In this document: piece after piece, positions 26,720-37,150 of the stretch
Position numbering within the stretch: position 1 is the stretch's first letter
Layout of the letters: the number at the start of each line of letters is the position of its first letter
IMG/VR virus record: IMGVR_UViG_3300029374_000315
Location: 17,327 to 81,326 of that record
DNA: 64,000 bases
Direction: 5' to 3' (one strand)
From: a virus
Program-made: the position numbers and the translations under genes
Notes under the pieces: model-generated
The model's input: the letters and a program-made list of their open reading frames with translations, nothing else
Databases searched by the model: none
Told to the model about the DNA's origin: nothing

Positions 26720-27820
26720 ATGGCAGATAGAATTTTTAATCTTCCTCAGACCCGTGGTTCTTTTGAGATGGCTGGTAAGGTCACCGGCACCCAGCGTAGT
26801 AACTTCTACAACGAGAAGGAGACTAAGAGTGGTGCTATGCGCCGTGTCCTGAGCTTTGGCGTTCAGACCTCTAACGAAAACACTTTTTATGTTGATCTGG
26901 CTGGTATGCCTCGTGATAAGGTTTACTTCTTCCGCCGTGCCGATAAGGACAAGGGTATCGAGAAGGATAAGAAGGAAGTCGCTTGGAAGGATCGTCTGAC
27001 TTATGTTGCACCGGAAGGCTATGACATGATTGGTGTTAAGGTCGGTGTCACCAAGAAGACGAATGAGTCTGGTAAGGTCGTCAATGATAACAAGACTCTG
27101 ACCGACTTCGATGCAGCTAAGGAAATCTCCGAGAACCTGCATGACGGTGACAATGTGTATGTCCGTGGCAATATCGAGTACAGCACTTACAACGGTAAGC
27201 ACCAGATTCGCTTTGTTCCTACTCAGGTGTCTCTGAGTTCCAAGGAAATCGACTTCGATGCAGAGGGTTTCGAGGAGCTGGCTCTGTTTACTCAGACCGT
27301 TGTGTACACTGGTTGCCGCAAGAGCGATGAGGGCGATGAAGTAATTGTCGATGCCAAGATTGTGAATTACAACACCATCGAGGACGCTGAGTTCTTCATT
27401 GACTATAAAGCAAACGCTCAGAATAAGGTTCTGGCCGATTCTATTCGTAAGCGTCTGAAGCCTTATACTAGCTTCGAGTGTTTTGGTCCCATCGTCAATC
27501 AGCAGAAGGTTGATGAAGTTGAGACTGAGAATATCTGGGGCGGTCCCAACAAAATGAAGCGTCAGGGAACTCAGGCAGTTCGCAAGCTGTATATCGAGGG
27601 TGTTAATCCTGATTCCTTTGATCCGAATCCCGGCGACAAGGATGCAGAGCCCACTTACACTGAGGACAATATCTCCGAGGCACGGGCAAAGATTGCTGCC
27701 AACACTCAGGCTAAGAAGGACTTTGACGGCAAGGCTGCTGAGAACGACACTTCTTGGTGGGGTGGTTCTAATAAGTCTACTGTAACTCCTGAAGATGAGG
27801 AAGATATCAACTGGGGCTAA
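26720..27820 (+). CDS. putative ssDNA-binding protein-like (acidic C-terminal tail)
   Basis: ATG after AAGGAGA; position before the recombinase ATPase; C-terminal PEDEEDINWG acidic tail; fold not verifiable from sequence. Confidence 0.3.
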   Translation: MADRIFNLPQTRGSFEMAGKVTGTQRSNFYNEKETKSGAMRRVLSFGVQTSNENTFYVDLAGMPRDKVYFFRRADKDKGIEKDKKEVAWKDRLTYVAPEGYDMIGVKVGVTKKTNESGKVVNDNKTLTDFDAAKEISENLHDGDNVYVRGNIEYSTYNGKHQIRFVPTQVSLSSKEIDFDAEGFEELALFTQTVVYTGCRKSDEGDEVIVDAKIVNYNTIEDAEFFIDYKANAQNKVLADSIRKRLKPYTSFECFGPIVNQQKVDEVETENIWGGPNKMKRQGTQAVRKLYIEGVNPDSFDPNPGDKDAEPTYTEDNISEARAKIAANTQAKKDFDGKAAENDTSWWGGSNKSTVTPEDEEDINWG

Positions 27821-27891
27821 AAATTTTTTGCTTTTAACTAAGTAACACAGGATACCAATAAAAAAAAAGATTTAGAGAGGAATTTACATAT

Positions 27892-29052
27892 ATGGCTATT
27901 GTTTGTGATGCATCTGCTATTCGTAAGAAGCTTCGTATGCTTGTGTATGGCGAGCAGGGAACTGGTAAGTCTCGATTTGCTATGCAGTTCTGCTACATGA
28001 AGACTCCTGAAGGCCGTCCGTTCCGTGTTCTGTATCTGGATACTGAGTCTGGTTCTATCGACGATTATCGTGAGGAACTGATGGAGAATGGGCTCGATCC
28101 GATGAATCTCCGTATCGTTTACACTCAGTCTCTCGCAGAGGTACAGGATTTCATTCATACCGTCGCTGATAATGAGGACTTCGAAGATGAGGATGGTAAT
28201 GTTTGGCTTGACGCTGACGGTAAGCCTTTCCGTGCCGATGCTATCGTTGTTGACTCCGCAACTATTCTTAATCTGACTACGAAACAGGGCTTGACTAATT
28301 TCTCGCAGAAACGTGCAAAAGTTAAGGCTGCAGCACAGGGTTTGACCGGCGACGAGAAGTCTGTGAAGATCGAGGGTGCTGGTATGGAGTTGAAGGATTA
28401 TCAGCAGCTGAACTTTAAGGGTCAGTCCCTGATTCTGGATCTGAATGCAACTGGTGTGAGTTACATCGTCATTTGCCGTGAGAAGGATGAGACTGAAACC
28501 AAGCTGGTGAATGGTTCTTCTGTGAGCGTTTCTACTGGCCGCAAGATTCCTGATGGCTTCAAGGGTCAGGAGTACAATGTCGGCACCGAGTTCCGTATGT
28601 ATCATCCCGGCGATGATAAGTCTATCAATTTTGCTTATTTTGATAAGGATCGTACCGGTGTTCATAATGGCGGTGAGGTTGTAGAAGACCTGACTCTGCT
28701 TGAGTATCAGGAATATCTCGACCGTTCCGCAAAGAATCGTGAGGTCATTATCAAGAATGGTCTGAACGATGCAGTCAAGACGGAAATGAAGCTGCGTGCT
28801 CGTGAGCTTGGTCTTGACGACAATGATATCAGTGATGATGTTCCTGCAGAGAATACCTCCGAATCCAAGGAACCTTCTCTGGACGACATCAAGGCAAAGT
28901 TGAACGACCTGATTGCTTCTGCTTCTCCTGTGAAGAAGAGTGCCGCGCAGAAGGCTGTTAAGGCGGCTGGCCTGTCTACCGCATTCCGTTCTATGACTGA
29001 TATTGAGGAACTGAAGAAGGTTGCCGCAATCATGGAGAAGGAACTGGCTTAA
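27892..29052 (+). CDS. RecA-superfamily ATPase (phage recombination/Sak4-like or AAA_24-like)
   Basis: Walker A YGEQGTGKSRFA, Walker B-like VLYLDTES; motif copy F3 just upstream. Confidence 0.55.
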   Translation: MAIVCDASAIRKKLRMLVYGEQGTGKSRFAMQFCYMKTPEGRPFRVLYLDTESGSIDDYREELMENGLDPMNLRIVYTQSLAEVQDFIHTVADNEDFEDEDGNVWLDADGKPFRADAIVVDSATILNLTTKQGLTNFSQKRAKVKAAAQGLTGDEKSVKIEGAGMELKDYQQLNFKGQSLILDLNATGVSYIVICREKDETETKLVNGSSVSVSTGRKIPDGFKGQEYNVGTEFRMYHPGDDKSINFAYFDKDRTGVHNGGEVVEDLTLLEYQEYLDRSAKNREVIIKNGLNDAVKTEMKLRARELGLDDNDISDDVPAENTSESKEPSLDDIKAKLNDLIASASPVKKSAAQKAVKAAGLSTAFRSMTDIEELKKVAAIMEKELA

Positions 29053-29744
29053 TGGAACTTACCCGTAAATGCAAGATTTGCGGGAAGAACATTTTCATCG
29101 AGCGAGACCGTAGCACTTTCTTCTACGACAAGACCGGCTTTTGCCATAAGGATTGTTTTGTAGAGGAAAAGAAAAATCAAAAACGCCCTTGGACAGATGA
29201 CCTGCTGAGGGCATTTTTTGACAAAGTGAAAGAAACTACGGATAAAAAGGTCGATGATCTTCTTTCCAAAAAGAGGGAGCAAGACCACAATCGTGAGCTT
29301 GCACGTATTAAACAGGAAGAAAAAAAGATTCTTTTCGACCATATTCGAGATACATATGCCCCGGCGGTTGTTCCTAGCAGCTTCTACTCGAAACTTACAC
29401 AGTTAATTTCCGGTAATTATTACAAATATAGAGGTTCTATTCCTCCGCTAGAACTTTACGATATGTGGGTTCTAGCGAAACCCCGACTAGATAAGATAAT
29501 TGCCGAGAAAGAAGCAAAGGGCTGTGATATGAGCCAGCGATGGAATTATGACTTGGCTGTTTTGTTAGCTCAATATCCTAGTTATCTCGAACGAAAAGAA
29601 AGACTAGCTTCGATTCGCAGTGAAAGCGAAGACAAAGCGAAGGAAAATTTGACTGAAACGGTACTGAAACGGATGAAAACAGCACCGAAACAGAGTAAAA
29701 ACGAGAATGAAATTGATATAAATGCAATTCTCGATGAGATATAA
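29052..29744 (+). CDS. hypothetical protein with N-terminal zinc finger
   Basis: CKICGKN...CHKDC; basic/helical remainder. Confidence 0.5.
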   Translation: MELTRKCKICGKNIFIERDRSTFFYDKTGFCHKDCFVEEKKNQKRPWTDDLLRAFFDKVKETTDKKVDDLLSKKREQDHNRELARIKQEEKKILFDHIRDTYAPAVVPSSFYSKLTQLISGNYYKYRGSIPPLELYDMWVLAKPRLDKIIAEKEAKGCDMSQRWNYDLAVLLAQYPSYLERKERLASIRSESEDKAKENLTETVLKRMKTAPKQSKNENEIDINAILDEI

Positions 29745-29757
29745 AAGAGGTTGGTAA

Positions 29758-30975
29758 ATGGATAATACAGTTCACGATGCTCAAAGATTGAAGGAGCTTC
29801 GGGCGCTTCCTCTCGAGCGAAAGATTCGGATCACTCAAAACCGCATTCAAGAATGGTATATGCATTACGACGGTGGTGTGTATGTTAGCTTCTCTGGTGG
29901 TAAGGATTCTACTGTACTTGCTCATCTAACAAAGCAGTTGTTTCCAGATGTCCCACTTGTGTTTAGCAATACTGGTTTGGAATACTCGTCAATCCAGAAA
30001 TTTGCACGAGACGCAGATGCGGTTTTTGTTTATCCCAAGATGGGATTTAGTGATGTGGTCTCTACATATGGTTATCCTCTTATCTCTAAAGAAGTGGCAG
30101 AAGCGATTTACTACGCTAGACGAATCAGAAATAGCGGCGCAGCCACCATGAGAGAGAGAGAGAGAGTAAGAACAACTCTCAGGAAAAGACAGGAACTTCT
30201 GGGTTTAAGGACGAACTGTCCGGGAGGTGTCTTTAGCAACCCGTGGCTTTACGATGAAACAGGAGTCTTTCAGGGAAACAGACGGACGATTCTACTTGGT
30301 AATGAACCGGGAGCTGAAATGCAGACTGGAACAAAATCCATGTTCAATAAGGAAAAATGGTTGCCAGCAACACAAGAACTTCCGTTTGCAATTTCTCATT
30401 ACTGCTGTTCAGTTATGAAAAAAGGTCCGATGAAGAAGTACGCAAGGGCAACCAAGCGTAAACCTATTATTGGAACGTTGACTGATGAAAGTCGCGTTCG
30501 CAAGCAAGCTTGGATTCGACATGGGTGTAATGCTTTTGATAGCAAGTCTCCAACAAGTCAGCCTATGAGTTTTTGGACTGAGCAGGATGTGCTCACTTTC
30601 ATCAAACAGTCAGGAATTCAAATTGCGGATGTCTATGGCAATATTGTTCCTACGAGTGATAAACCGGATGCGCCATTGTGCTGTACTGGGTGTGATCGTA
30701 CCGGATGCACGTTTTGTGGGTTTGGAGCTCACAACAAGAACGATAATAGATTCCTGACACTTGCCGAACTTGACCCAAAGAAGTACGAGTATAGTATGAA
30801 CGGTGGTCAATGGGTAGACAATCCAAAATATGATGCTACTGCACCTGAGTATGACGGAGTTTGGAAAAACTGGAATCCGAAGAAAATTTGGGTGCCCAGC
30901 AAAGAAGGTCTTGGACTGAGAAAAGTTTTCGATATGTTTAATGAACTGTATCCAAACAACAAAATTCAATATTAA
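29758..30975 (+). CDS. phosphoadenosine-phosphosulfate (PAPS) reductase-family / PP-loop ATPase protein with C-terminal Cys cluster
   Basis: PP-loop SFSGGKDS; C-terminal CCTGCDRTGCTFCGFGAH; contains a (GA)8 tract at 30150-30166 encoding RERERV. Confidence 0.65.
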   Translation: MDNTVHDAQRLKELRALPLERKIRITQNRIQEWYMHYDGGVYVSFSGGKDSTVLAHLTKQLFPDVPLVFSNTGLEYSSIQKFARDADAVFVYPKMGFSDVVSTYGYPLISKEVAEAIYYARRIRNSGAATMRERERVRTTLRKRQELLGLRTNCPGGVFSNPWLYDETGVFQGNRRTILLGNEPGAEMQTGTKSMFNKEKWLPATQELPFAISHYCCSVMKKGPMKKYARATKRKPIIGTLTDESRVRKQAWIRHGCNAFDSKSPTSQPMSFWTEQDVLTFIKQSGIQIADVYGNIVPTSDKPDAPLCCTGCDRTGCTFCGFGAHNKNDNRFLTLAELDPKKYEYSMNGGQWVDNPKYDATAPEYDGVWKNWNPKKIWVPSKEGLGLRKVFDMFNELYPNNKIQY

Positions 30976-30998
30976 AAAATATAAAGGGAGGTGGATGA

Positions 30999-32522
30999 GT
31001 GGAACTCATTTCAAATATCCCGAACGAAATTCTATTTGTTGGCGCAATTTACAAGCATCCTGACTATTTGGTCGAGTATGGGCATTATGTCAAGAGCAAG
31101 TACGATTTTGCCGATGAAGCAACAAAATTTTTCTACGATGCAGCGTTGATTATTTACGAAACTCGGACTCAAGAATTTAATAAAACGTCTGTTTTAACGT
31201 TTATGGCTGAAGACGAGTCCAGATTGTCCCAATATAAGCGGCTGAAGGGCTGGTCAACCATTGAATACTACATGAGCCTTGCGAATGACGATGATATCAA
31301 GGGATACTTCAATATCCTGAAAAAATATTCGTTACTTCGTGAGTACCAGAGAAATGGATTTAACATTGAAGGAATCTTGAAGCATCGACAGTTTGAAATG
31401 TTTGGTGCTCAGGACATTTACAAATTGATTCGTGGCAAGGCCGACAAGATCAATACGGTCATCATCACAAACGATGATGCTGAGATTTTGAATAATGGTC
31501 TGCTGCCAATGGTTAATGAACGTCTGAGCGTTCCTGATATGGGCTTGCCGTTCCAGTATCCCATCATGAATGATTTGTTCCGAGGATTGAAATTGGGCAC
31601 TGTGATGTTCAATGGTATGCCATCTAACGCTGGTAAGACTAGATACATGATGGCGATTGTTGCCTACGTCACATTGGTTCAAAAGCAGAAAGCTCTTCTG
31701 CTGCTGAATGAGATGGATCTTGAATCCGTCCGGTATTGCTTGCTGGTCACTGCCATCAATAATCCTGAGTTTCAAGAGTTGCATGGTCATCGCTTTCACA
31801 AGGATGAACGAGAAATCACCCTTGGAATGTACCGGGATGCAAATGGAAACTTCATCTTCCGAAAGCAAAACGAAGACGGGGAATACATAGAAAGCATTGA
31901 TGAGTTCACAGCTCGCGTCTATGAGGAAAGCGAAGAGTATCGCAATGTGCTTGATGTTTGCCAGTGGATTGAGAGCGAATCACAAGGCTTGATTATCGCA
32001 AAAGATGTTTCTGCTGATTATAGTGACAAGTCCCTACGATTTGAAATCCAGAAGGCAGCTCTCACTCAGGGAGTTAAGTATGTGTTCTACGATACTCTAA
32101 AGAACGACATTGCTTCGATTGGTGAATGGGCAGCGTTCAAGGTCACGGCCACCGAGCTTGAAGAGATTGCGAAAAATTTGAAGATTTTTATCTATGGTAG
32201 TATCCAGTTGGCCGAAAATGCTCATGAGTATCTTCCTGATGAGCTGAATTCAAACAACATTGCTGAGTCAAAAATGATTAAGCATGTTGCTTGGACGATG
32301 GTTCTATTCAAGGAGATTCCAAAAGATAAGTTCGTAAAGTATCAATACATCTCTCATGACCCTGAGTGGGGCGGTGACTGTGCCCATCGGCTGAATCCAG
32401 ATAAGCGGTATTACGTTGGAAACATCGATAAAAACCGTTTTGGTGAGAAAAAGAAAATCATGTTTGAAGTGAATTTGAACCAGAATGTCTGGAAAGAGGT
32501 CGGTGTCTGCACCAGAAAGTAA
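30999..32522 (+). CDS. replicative DNA helicase (DnaB-like)
   Basis: GTG start after AAGGGAGGTGG; DnaB-like N-terminal domain; Walker A GMPSNAGKTRYM; 507 aa. Confidence 0.7.
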   Translation: MELISNIPNEILFVGAIYKHPDYLVEYGHYVKSKYDFADEATKFFYDAALIIYETRTQEFNKTSVLTFMAEDESRLSQYKRLKGWSTIEYYMSLANDDDIKGYFNILKKYSLLREYQRNGFNIEGILKHRQFEMFGAQDIYKLIRGKADKINTVIITNDDAEILNNGLLPMVNERLSVPDMGLPFQYPIMNDLFRGLKLGTVMFNGMPSNAGKTRYMMAIVAYVTLVQKQKALLLLNEMDLESVRYCLLVTAINNPEFQELHGHRFHKDEREITLGMYRDANGNFIFRKQNEDGEYIESIDEFTARVYEESEEYRNVLDVCQWIESESQGLIIAKDVSADYSDKSLRFEIQKAALTQGVKYVFYDTLKNDIASIGEWAAFKVTATELEEIAKNLKIFIYGSIQLAENAHEYLPDELNSNNIAESKMIKHVAWTMVLFKEIPKDKFVKYQYISHDPEWGGDCAHRLNPDKRYYVGNIDKNRFGEKKKIMFEVNLNQNVWKEVGVCTRK

Positions 32523-32531
32523 GGAACTACA

Positions 32532-33554
32532 ATGGTAAATATCGCAGATTTGAAAAATTACATTCTTGAAGAACAACAGATTGAGCCGATTCTGGAGGAA
32601 CTTGGGTGTCATCACATCAGTCACAAGACTGGTTATTACCAGTGTGCAAATCCAGATGGTGACAATAGAACGGCACTCTGTATCTACGAGAATGAAAATC
32701 TTACTGCGGTAGATTACACACGAGATATTGCCAATGGAAAGACCAGTTATGATTTGATTTCTGTCGTTCAGTTCTTTCTGGAACTGTCTTTTCCAAAAGC
32801 CATTAAGCAAATCTGCGAATGGGTTGGTCTTGACTACTATCACAACTTCGAGGAAGACCTTCCTAAAAGTATGTTGATTCTAAAAGAACTTATCGCCATG
32901 CAAAATGAAGGTGAAGAACACGAGGATGACCGTCCGATAGTCCCCATCTCCGAAGCCATCCTCGGTTATTACAAACCTTATGTGAACCAGATTTTTGCTG
33001 ACGATGGGATATCTTATGAGACGCAGCAGGAGTTTGAGATTGGCTTTGATGAACTGACAAATAGAATCACGATTCCAATCAGAGATGAAATTGGCACTCT
33101 GGTTGGTGTAAAGGGAAGATACTTTGGTAAACCGCCTGAAGGTGAATTAAAGTATCTGTATCTTGAGCCGTGTGCCAGAAACCGTATTCTGTATGGCCTG
33201 TATAAGACAGAGCCGTACATTAAGAATAAAGGTCTGGTATATGTGGGTGAAGCTGAAAAGTCTGTTATGCAGATGTGGAACATGGATGTCTGCAACTGCG
33301 TAGCGACTGGCGGTAAGAAGGTTTCACAGAATCAAATTGAAATTTTGACACGTCTTTGCGTTAATATTTGTTTCGTCTTTGATAAAGACGTTCAGCTTAG
33401 TGAGCTTATGGTTCTCGCCAATCGATTCGTCGATGGCGTAAGTGTGTATGCTGTAGTAGATGATAAAGGGATTCTGGATGAAAAGGAAGCCCCAACTGAT
33501 AATCCTGAAAAATTTAAAGCATTGATTGAGAATTGTGTTAGGAGAATTAAATGA
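32532..33554 (+). CDS. DNA primase (DnaG-like, Toprim domain)
   Basis: N-terminal Cys/His cluster; Toprim signature VYVGEAEKSV...FVFDKD. Confidence 0.65.
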   Translation: MVNIADLKNYILEEQQIEPILEELGCHHISHKTGYYQCANPDGDNRTALCIYENENLTAVDYTRDIANGKTSYDLISVVQFFLELSFPKAIKQICEWVGLDYYHNFEEDLPKSMLILKELIAMQNEGEEHEDDRPIVPISEAILGYYKPYVNQIFADDGISYETQQEFEIGFDELTNRITIPIRDEIGTLVGVKGRYFGKPPEGELKYLYLEPCARNRILYGLYKTEPYIKNKGLVYVGEAEKSVMQMWNMDVCNCVATGGKKVSQNQIEILTRLCVNICFVFDKDVQLSELMVLANRFVDGVSVYAVVDDKGILDEKEAPTDNPEKFKALIENCVRRIK

Positions 33555-35299
33555 ATGTAAAACTCTGGAAGGGGAGTAGGAACGACCTATCAGACCCGAT
33601 TGGAACGATTATGGAGAACAGAGGGGTTGAGGATTATAAGACCTACATGAACCTAGATGATTCTTGTCTGAATTCTCCGTGGGAACTGGACAACATGGAA
33701 GATGCTGTCCGGCTGTTGAACAAACATATCTGGAATAAGTCTATTATCTCTATCCTTGTAGACTGTGATGTGGATGGATTCACAAGTGCTTCAATGATGT
33801 TTCAGTATTTGAAGACGATTGGTTATTTTGGAAAAATTAATGTTCTGCATCATAGTGGCAAGGAGCATGGCCTCTCTAAAGAAATTGAGGTTCCACCTGA
33901 AACTACCTTGCTGATTATTCCTGACGCTGGTAGTAACGATGTTGAGCAGTGTAAGGAACTCCGCGAAAAGGGCATCGATATTCTGATTCTTGACCATCAC
34001 ATCTGCGACAGAGAGAATCTTTACGCAGTAATCGTCAACAACCAGAACGGTACATATCCTAATAAGGAATTGTCTGGCGCTGGCGTGATGTATAAGTTTC
34101 TTCAGGCTGTTGATGAATATAATTGGACTGATGTTGCAGACCGGTATCTTGATCTGGTGGCAGTCGGAAACATCGGTGACGTTATGGATATGCACTCGCA
34201 TGAGACAAAGCGCCTTTGCACGAAAGGTCTGGCACGAATTGTAAATCCGATGATTTGTGCCTTGGTTGAGGCGAATAGTTTCAATATCAAGGGTGATCCG
34301 ACTATCAATGATGTTCAGTTCTACATCGTTCCGATGATGAACGCACTGATTCGCGTTGGCTCATCCGAGCAAAAGAAGCGGATGTTCCGTGCGATGGTTG
34401 GAGAGGAACAGACCTTCCAGTATACTCCGACTCGTGGCAAGAATGCCGGTGTTACGATTGATGAGACTCTGGCGCAGCATGTAGCTCGTGAGTGTTCCTC
34501 TTGTAAGTATCAGCAAAACAAGACCAAGGACAAGGCTGTCGCAGAGCTTCAGGAACTGATTGAGAAGCACAGTGCAGACCAGAATAAGATTCTCTTCTGC
34601 AACTCTACTGGCATTCTTGATAACACTCTGACTGGTGTTGTGGCAATCAAGCTGGCTGAAATGTATGCAAAACCGTGCGTATTGCTTCGTACCTTCGCTG
34701 ACGAACCGGATTATTACGGTGGTTCAATGAGAAATCCTGACGGTTCTCCGATTGAAAGTTTAAAGGAGTTCTTGATGAGTACCGGAGATTTTGAGTCAGT
34801 TCTTGGTCATGATAATGCTGCTGGTGTGAAAATCAAGAAAGAAAATGTGCCAAAGGCGATTGCGGATTGCAATGAACTGCTTAAAGATGTCACGATGAGT
34901 AAGGCAATCGTAGTTGATTTTGATTTTGACTATAGTAAGCTGACCGTTGCATTGCCGAAGACCATGTACGAAATGCATAAAATCTGGGCACAGGGTATTT
35001 CCGAGCCGTATTTCTACATTAGAAATATTCCGTTAGCTCATAGTGGATGTGCTCCGATGGGCAAGAACGGTAATATGTGGAAGTATTCTGATGAAGAAAA
35101 AGGCATTGATTTTGTGTGTTTTAATGATAATGGACGACTGATTGATTGGATTGAAGATAGTTTCGAGGATGATGAAGTTGTTACTTTTTATGGAGACAAT
35201 TATGCAAAAATTATCAATGCTGTGTGTCGGTTGTCTTTAAATCAGTACGGGAATAAGGTTACGCCGCAAGCGCAGATTGTGGATTTTGAGGTGATTTGA
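33551..35299 (+). CDS. DHH-family phosphoesterase (RecJ-like ssDNA exonuclease)
   Basis: DHH motifs VDCDVDG, IPDAG, ILDHH; 582 aa. Confidence 0.7.
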   Translation: MNVKLWKGSRNDLSDPIGTIMENRGVEDYKTYMNLDDSCLNSPWELDNMEDAVRLLNKHIWNKSIISILVDCDVDGFTSASMMFQYLKTIGYFGKINVLHHSGKEHGLSKEIEVPPETTLLIIPDAGSNDVEQCKELREKGIDILILDHHICDRENLYAVIVNNQNGTYPNKELSGAGVMYKFLQAVDEYNWTDVADRYLDLVAVGNIGDVMDMHSHETKRLCTKGLARIVNPMICALVEANSFNIKGDPTINDVQFYIVPMMNALIRVGSSEQKKRMFRAMVGEEQTFQYTPTRGKNAGVTIDETLAQHVARECSSCKYQQNKTKDKAVAELQELIEKHSADQNKILFCNSTGILDNTLTGVVAIKLAEMYAKPCVLLRTFADEPDYYGGSMRNPDGSPIESLKEFLMSTGDFESVLGHDNAAGVKIKKENVPKAIADCNELLKDVTMSKAIVVDFDFDYSKLTVALPKTMYEMHKIWAQGISEPYFYIRNIPLAHSGCAPMGKNGNMWKYSDEEKGIDFVCFNDNGRLIDWIEDSFEDDEVVTFYGDNYAKIINAVCRLSLNQYGNKVTPQAQIVDFEVI

Positions 35300-35300
35300 T

Positions 35301-35648
35301 ATGGGAAATTGGAAACGTGCTATCGCCATCGACTTTGATGGCACTCTCTGTGAGAATAATTATCCTGATATCGGTGAACCAAACTGGAATGTCATTTATC
35401 AAGCAATTCAGGAACAGAAACACGGTGCTGGTCTGATTCTCTGGACTTGCCGTGAAGGGAAGCTCCTGTATGACGCAATTGAAGCTTGCTTCGATTGGGG
35501 TATTCAGTTTGATGCAATCAATGAGAGTCTTCCTGAGTGGAAAGAGCATTTTGGCACTGCTCCTAGAAAGGTTGGAGCTGATGAATATTGGGATGATAAG
35601 GCTAAGGTTGTAAAAAATGGAGAGTTGATTGACAATGCTGATGCCTGA
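35301..35648 (+). CDS. small HAD-superfamily phosphatase (nucleotidase-like)
   Basis: Motif I IAIDFDGTL; T in LILWTCREGK; DD in ADEYWDDKAK. Confidence 0.55.
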   Translation: MGNWKRAIAIDFDGTLCENNYPDIGEPNWNVIYQAIQEQKHGAGLILWTCREGKLLYDAIEACFDWGIQFDAINESLPEWKEHFGTAPRKVGADEYWDDKAKVVKNGELIDNADA

Positions 35649-35820
35649 ACAGTTTGAAGCAGACGTTAAAGAATTTATCGCAGAATGCAAAAGCCATCCA
35701 GTGATAGATTTGTCAAAAGATGATCCATGCGAAGGATGTCGCTTTGAGGACTTTTGCGATAGGTTTTATCCGGGCGATGGTAGCACATGGCATTGGCGAG
35801 TTTATGAGAGGGGTGAATGA
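35629..35820 (+). CDS. hypothetical protein
   Basis: 63 aa; overlaps neighbours. Confidence 0.4.
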   Translation: MTMLMPEQFEADVKEFIAECKSHPVIDLSKDDPCEGCRFEDFCDRFYPGDGSTWHWRVYERGE

Positions 35821-36579
35821 ATGGTTTACATTACAGGCGATATTCATGGTGATTACAATCGGTTTTTAGAATTGGAAAAGTTTTGCCATAAACACAATCT
35901 TGGAATGAATGACTGGATCGTCTGCCTTGGCGATGTCGGTTTGAACTACTACGGCAAGGATGACCCTCGTGAATGGAGTATCAAGACTATCGCCGCAGAT
36001 ATTCCTGCAAATCTGTTTTGTATTCATGGCAACCACGAGCGCCGCCCGTCTCGTAAGGATGGTTACAAACTAAGGAAGATTTGTGGTGATATTTGCGGAA
36101 GAGCGTGGTATGACCCGCAGTATCCAAACCAGTATTTTGCTATTGATGGTGAGGTTTATCAGATTCTTTCTGGCATAGAGATGTTGAATTGTCTTGTTTG
36201 TGGTGGAGCTTATTCTGTGGATAAGTATTATCGGTTGGAGTGTGGATATAATTGGTTTCCCGATGAACAGCCGAATGAAAAAATAAAAAAGAAAGTTGCG
36301 CAGCAGGTAAACGATAGTAATATCGATGTTGTGTTAAGTCACACTTGTCCGACACGCTACGTTCCTACAGAGTTGTTTCTTAGTTGTGTTGATCAAAGTA
36401 CTGTTGATAGTTCTACGGAAGAGTTTCTTGATGATATTCTTGATATTCTGGAAGAGACTCGTATTGGTAAGCCGTTTTGGTATTTTGGTCACTTTCATGG
36501 CAATAAATATACTGACGATTATGTGATGCTTTTTGATGACGTTATTAAATTTGGAGATAAGGTGAAGAGTGATGAGTGA
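35821..36579 (+). CDS. calcineurin-like metallophosphoesterase (Ser/Thr phosphatase family)
   Basis: GDIHG, GDVGLN, GNHE signature motifs. Confidence 0.8.
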   Translation: MVYITGDIHGDYNRFLELEKFCHKHNLGMNDWIVCLGDVGLNYYGKDDPREWSIKTIAADIPANLFCIHGNHERRPSRKDGYKLRKICGDICGRAWYDPQYPNQYFAIDGEVYQILSGIEMLNCLVCGGAYSVDKYYRLECGYNWFPDEQPNEKIKKKVAQQVNDSNIDVVLSHTCPTRYVPTELFLSCVDQSTVDSSTEEFLDDILDILEETRIGKPFWYFGHFHGNKYTDDYVMLFDDVIKFGDKVKSDE

Positions 36580-36817
36580 ATATCATGTGAGCTGTGGCAT
36601 GTTTGGTATTTACGCAGGAACTGTTAAAAAGAATGGAACTGAATGGAAGGATAAAACCTGTGTCACGGACGAAGCTATTGAGGCGGTTCGTGATTGGCTT
36701 CTTTCTGAAGCTCAATCGGATAACAGAACTTCTGGTGGATATGCATGGACAACAAAGGATGGTAAGACTGTGACTTTGAGAGTGTCTATTGAGGGTAAGG
36801 TGAATACGGATGATTAA
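36569..36817 (+). CDS. hypothetical protein
   Basis: 82 aa; overlaps neighbours. Confidence 0.45.
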   Translation: MMSEYHVSCGMFGIYAGTVKKNGTEWKDKTCVTDEAIEAVRDWLLSEAQSDNRTSGGYAWTTKDGKTVTLRVSIEGKVNTDD

Positions 36818-37133
36818 AAATAAAAATTTACGAGTGCTTGATTATATTGATGGCAAGGAAATCCTCATTCAGATGGGTGAGGAAGGTTCTGAGCTGTCGA
36901 AAGCTGCGATAAAGTTTTATCGTGCAATCGACATGAAGAACCCAACGCCTGTAAGCATTAACGAGGCTTATGAGAACCTCGTAGAAGAATTCGGTGATGT
37001 GCTGAACTGTATCTACGCATACTATGATGATGACGAAGATTGCATCTTGGCGTTTACATCGAAAGCGAATGAGATTGCTAACGAGAAGCGCAAGCGTTGG
37101 ATTAAGCGCCTGAAGGAACGCAATCAGTTTTAA
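36810..37133 (+). CDS. MazG-like nucleoside triphosphate pyrophosphohydrolase
   Basis: EEGSELSKA and EEFGDVL acidic helix motifs typical of small MazG domains. Confidence 0.6.
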   Translation: MIKNKNLRVLDYIDGKEILIQMGEEGSELSKAAIKFYRAIDMKNPTPVSINEAYENLVEEFGDVLNCIYAYYDDDEDCILAFTSKANEIANEKRKRWIKRLKERNQF

Positions 37134-37150
37134 TGGTGGAAGGAGAATAG

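Noticed and set aside
30150-30167. (GA)8 dinucleotide tract
   Set aside because: Lies inside the PAPS-reductase-like CDS encoding RERERV. Not a CRISPR or regulatory repeat, only a possible slippage hotspot.
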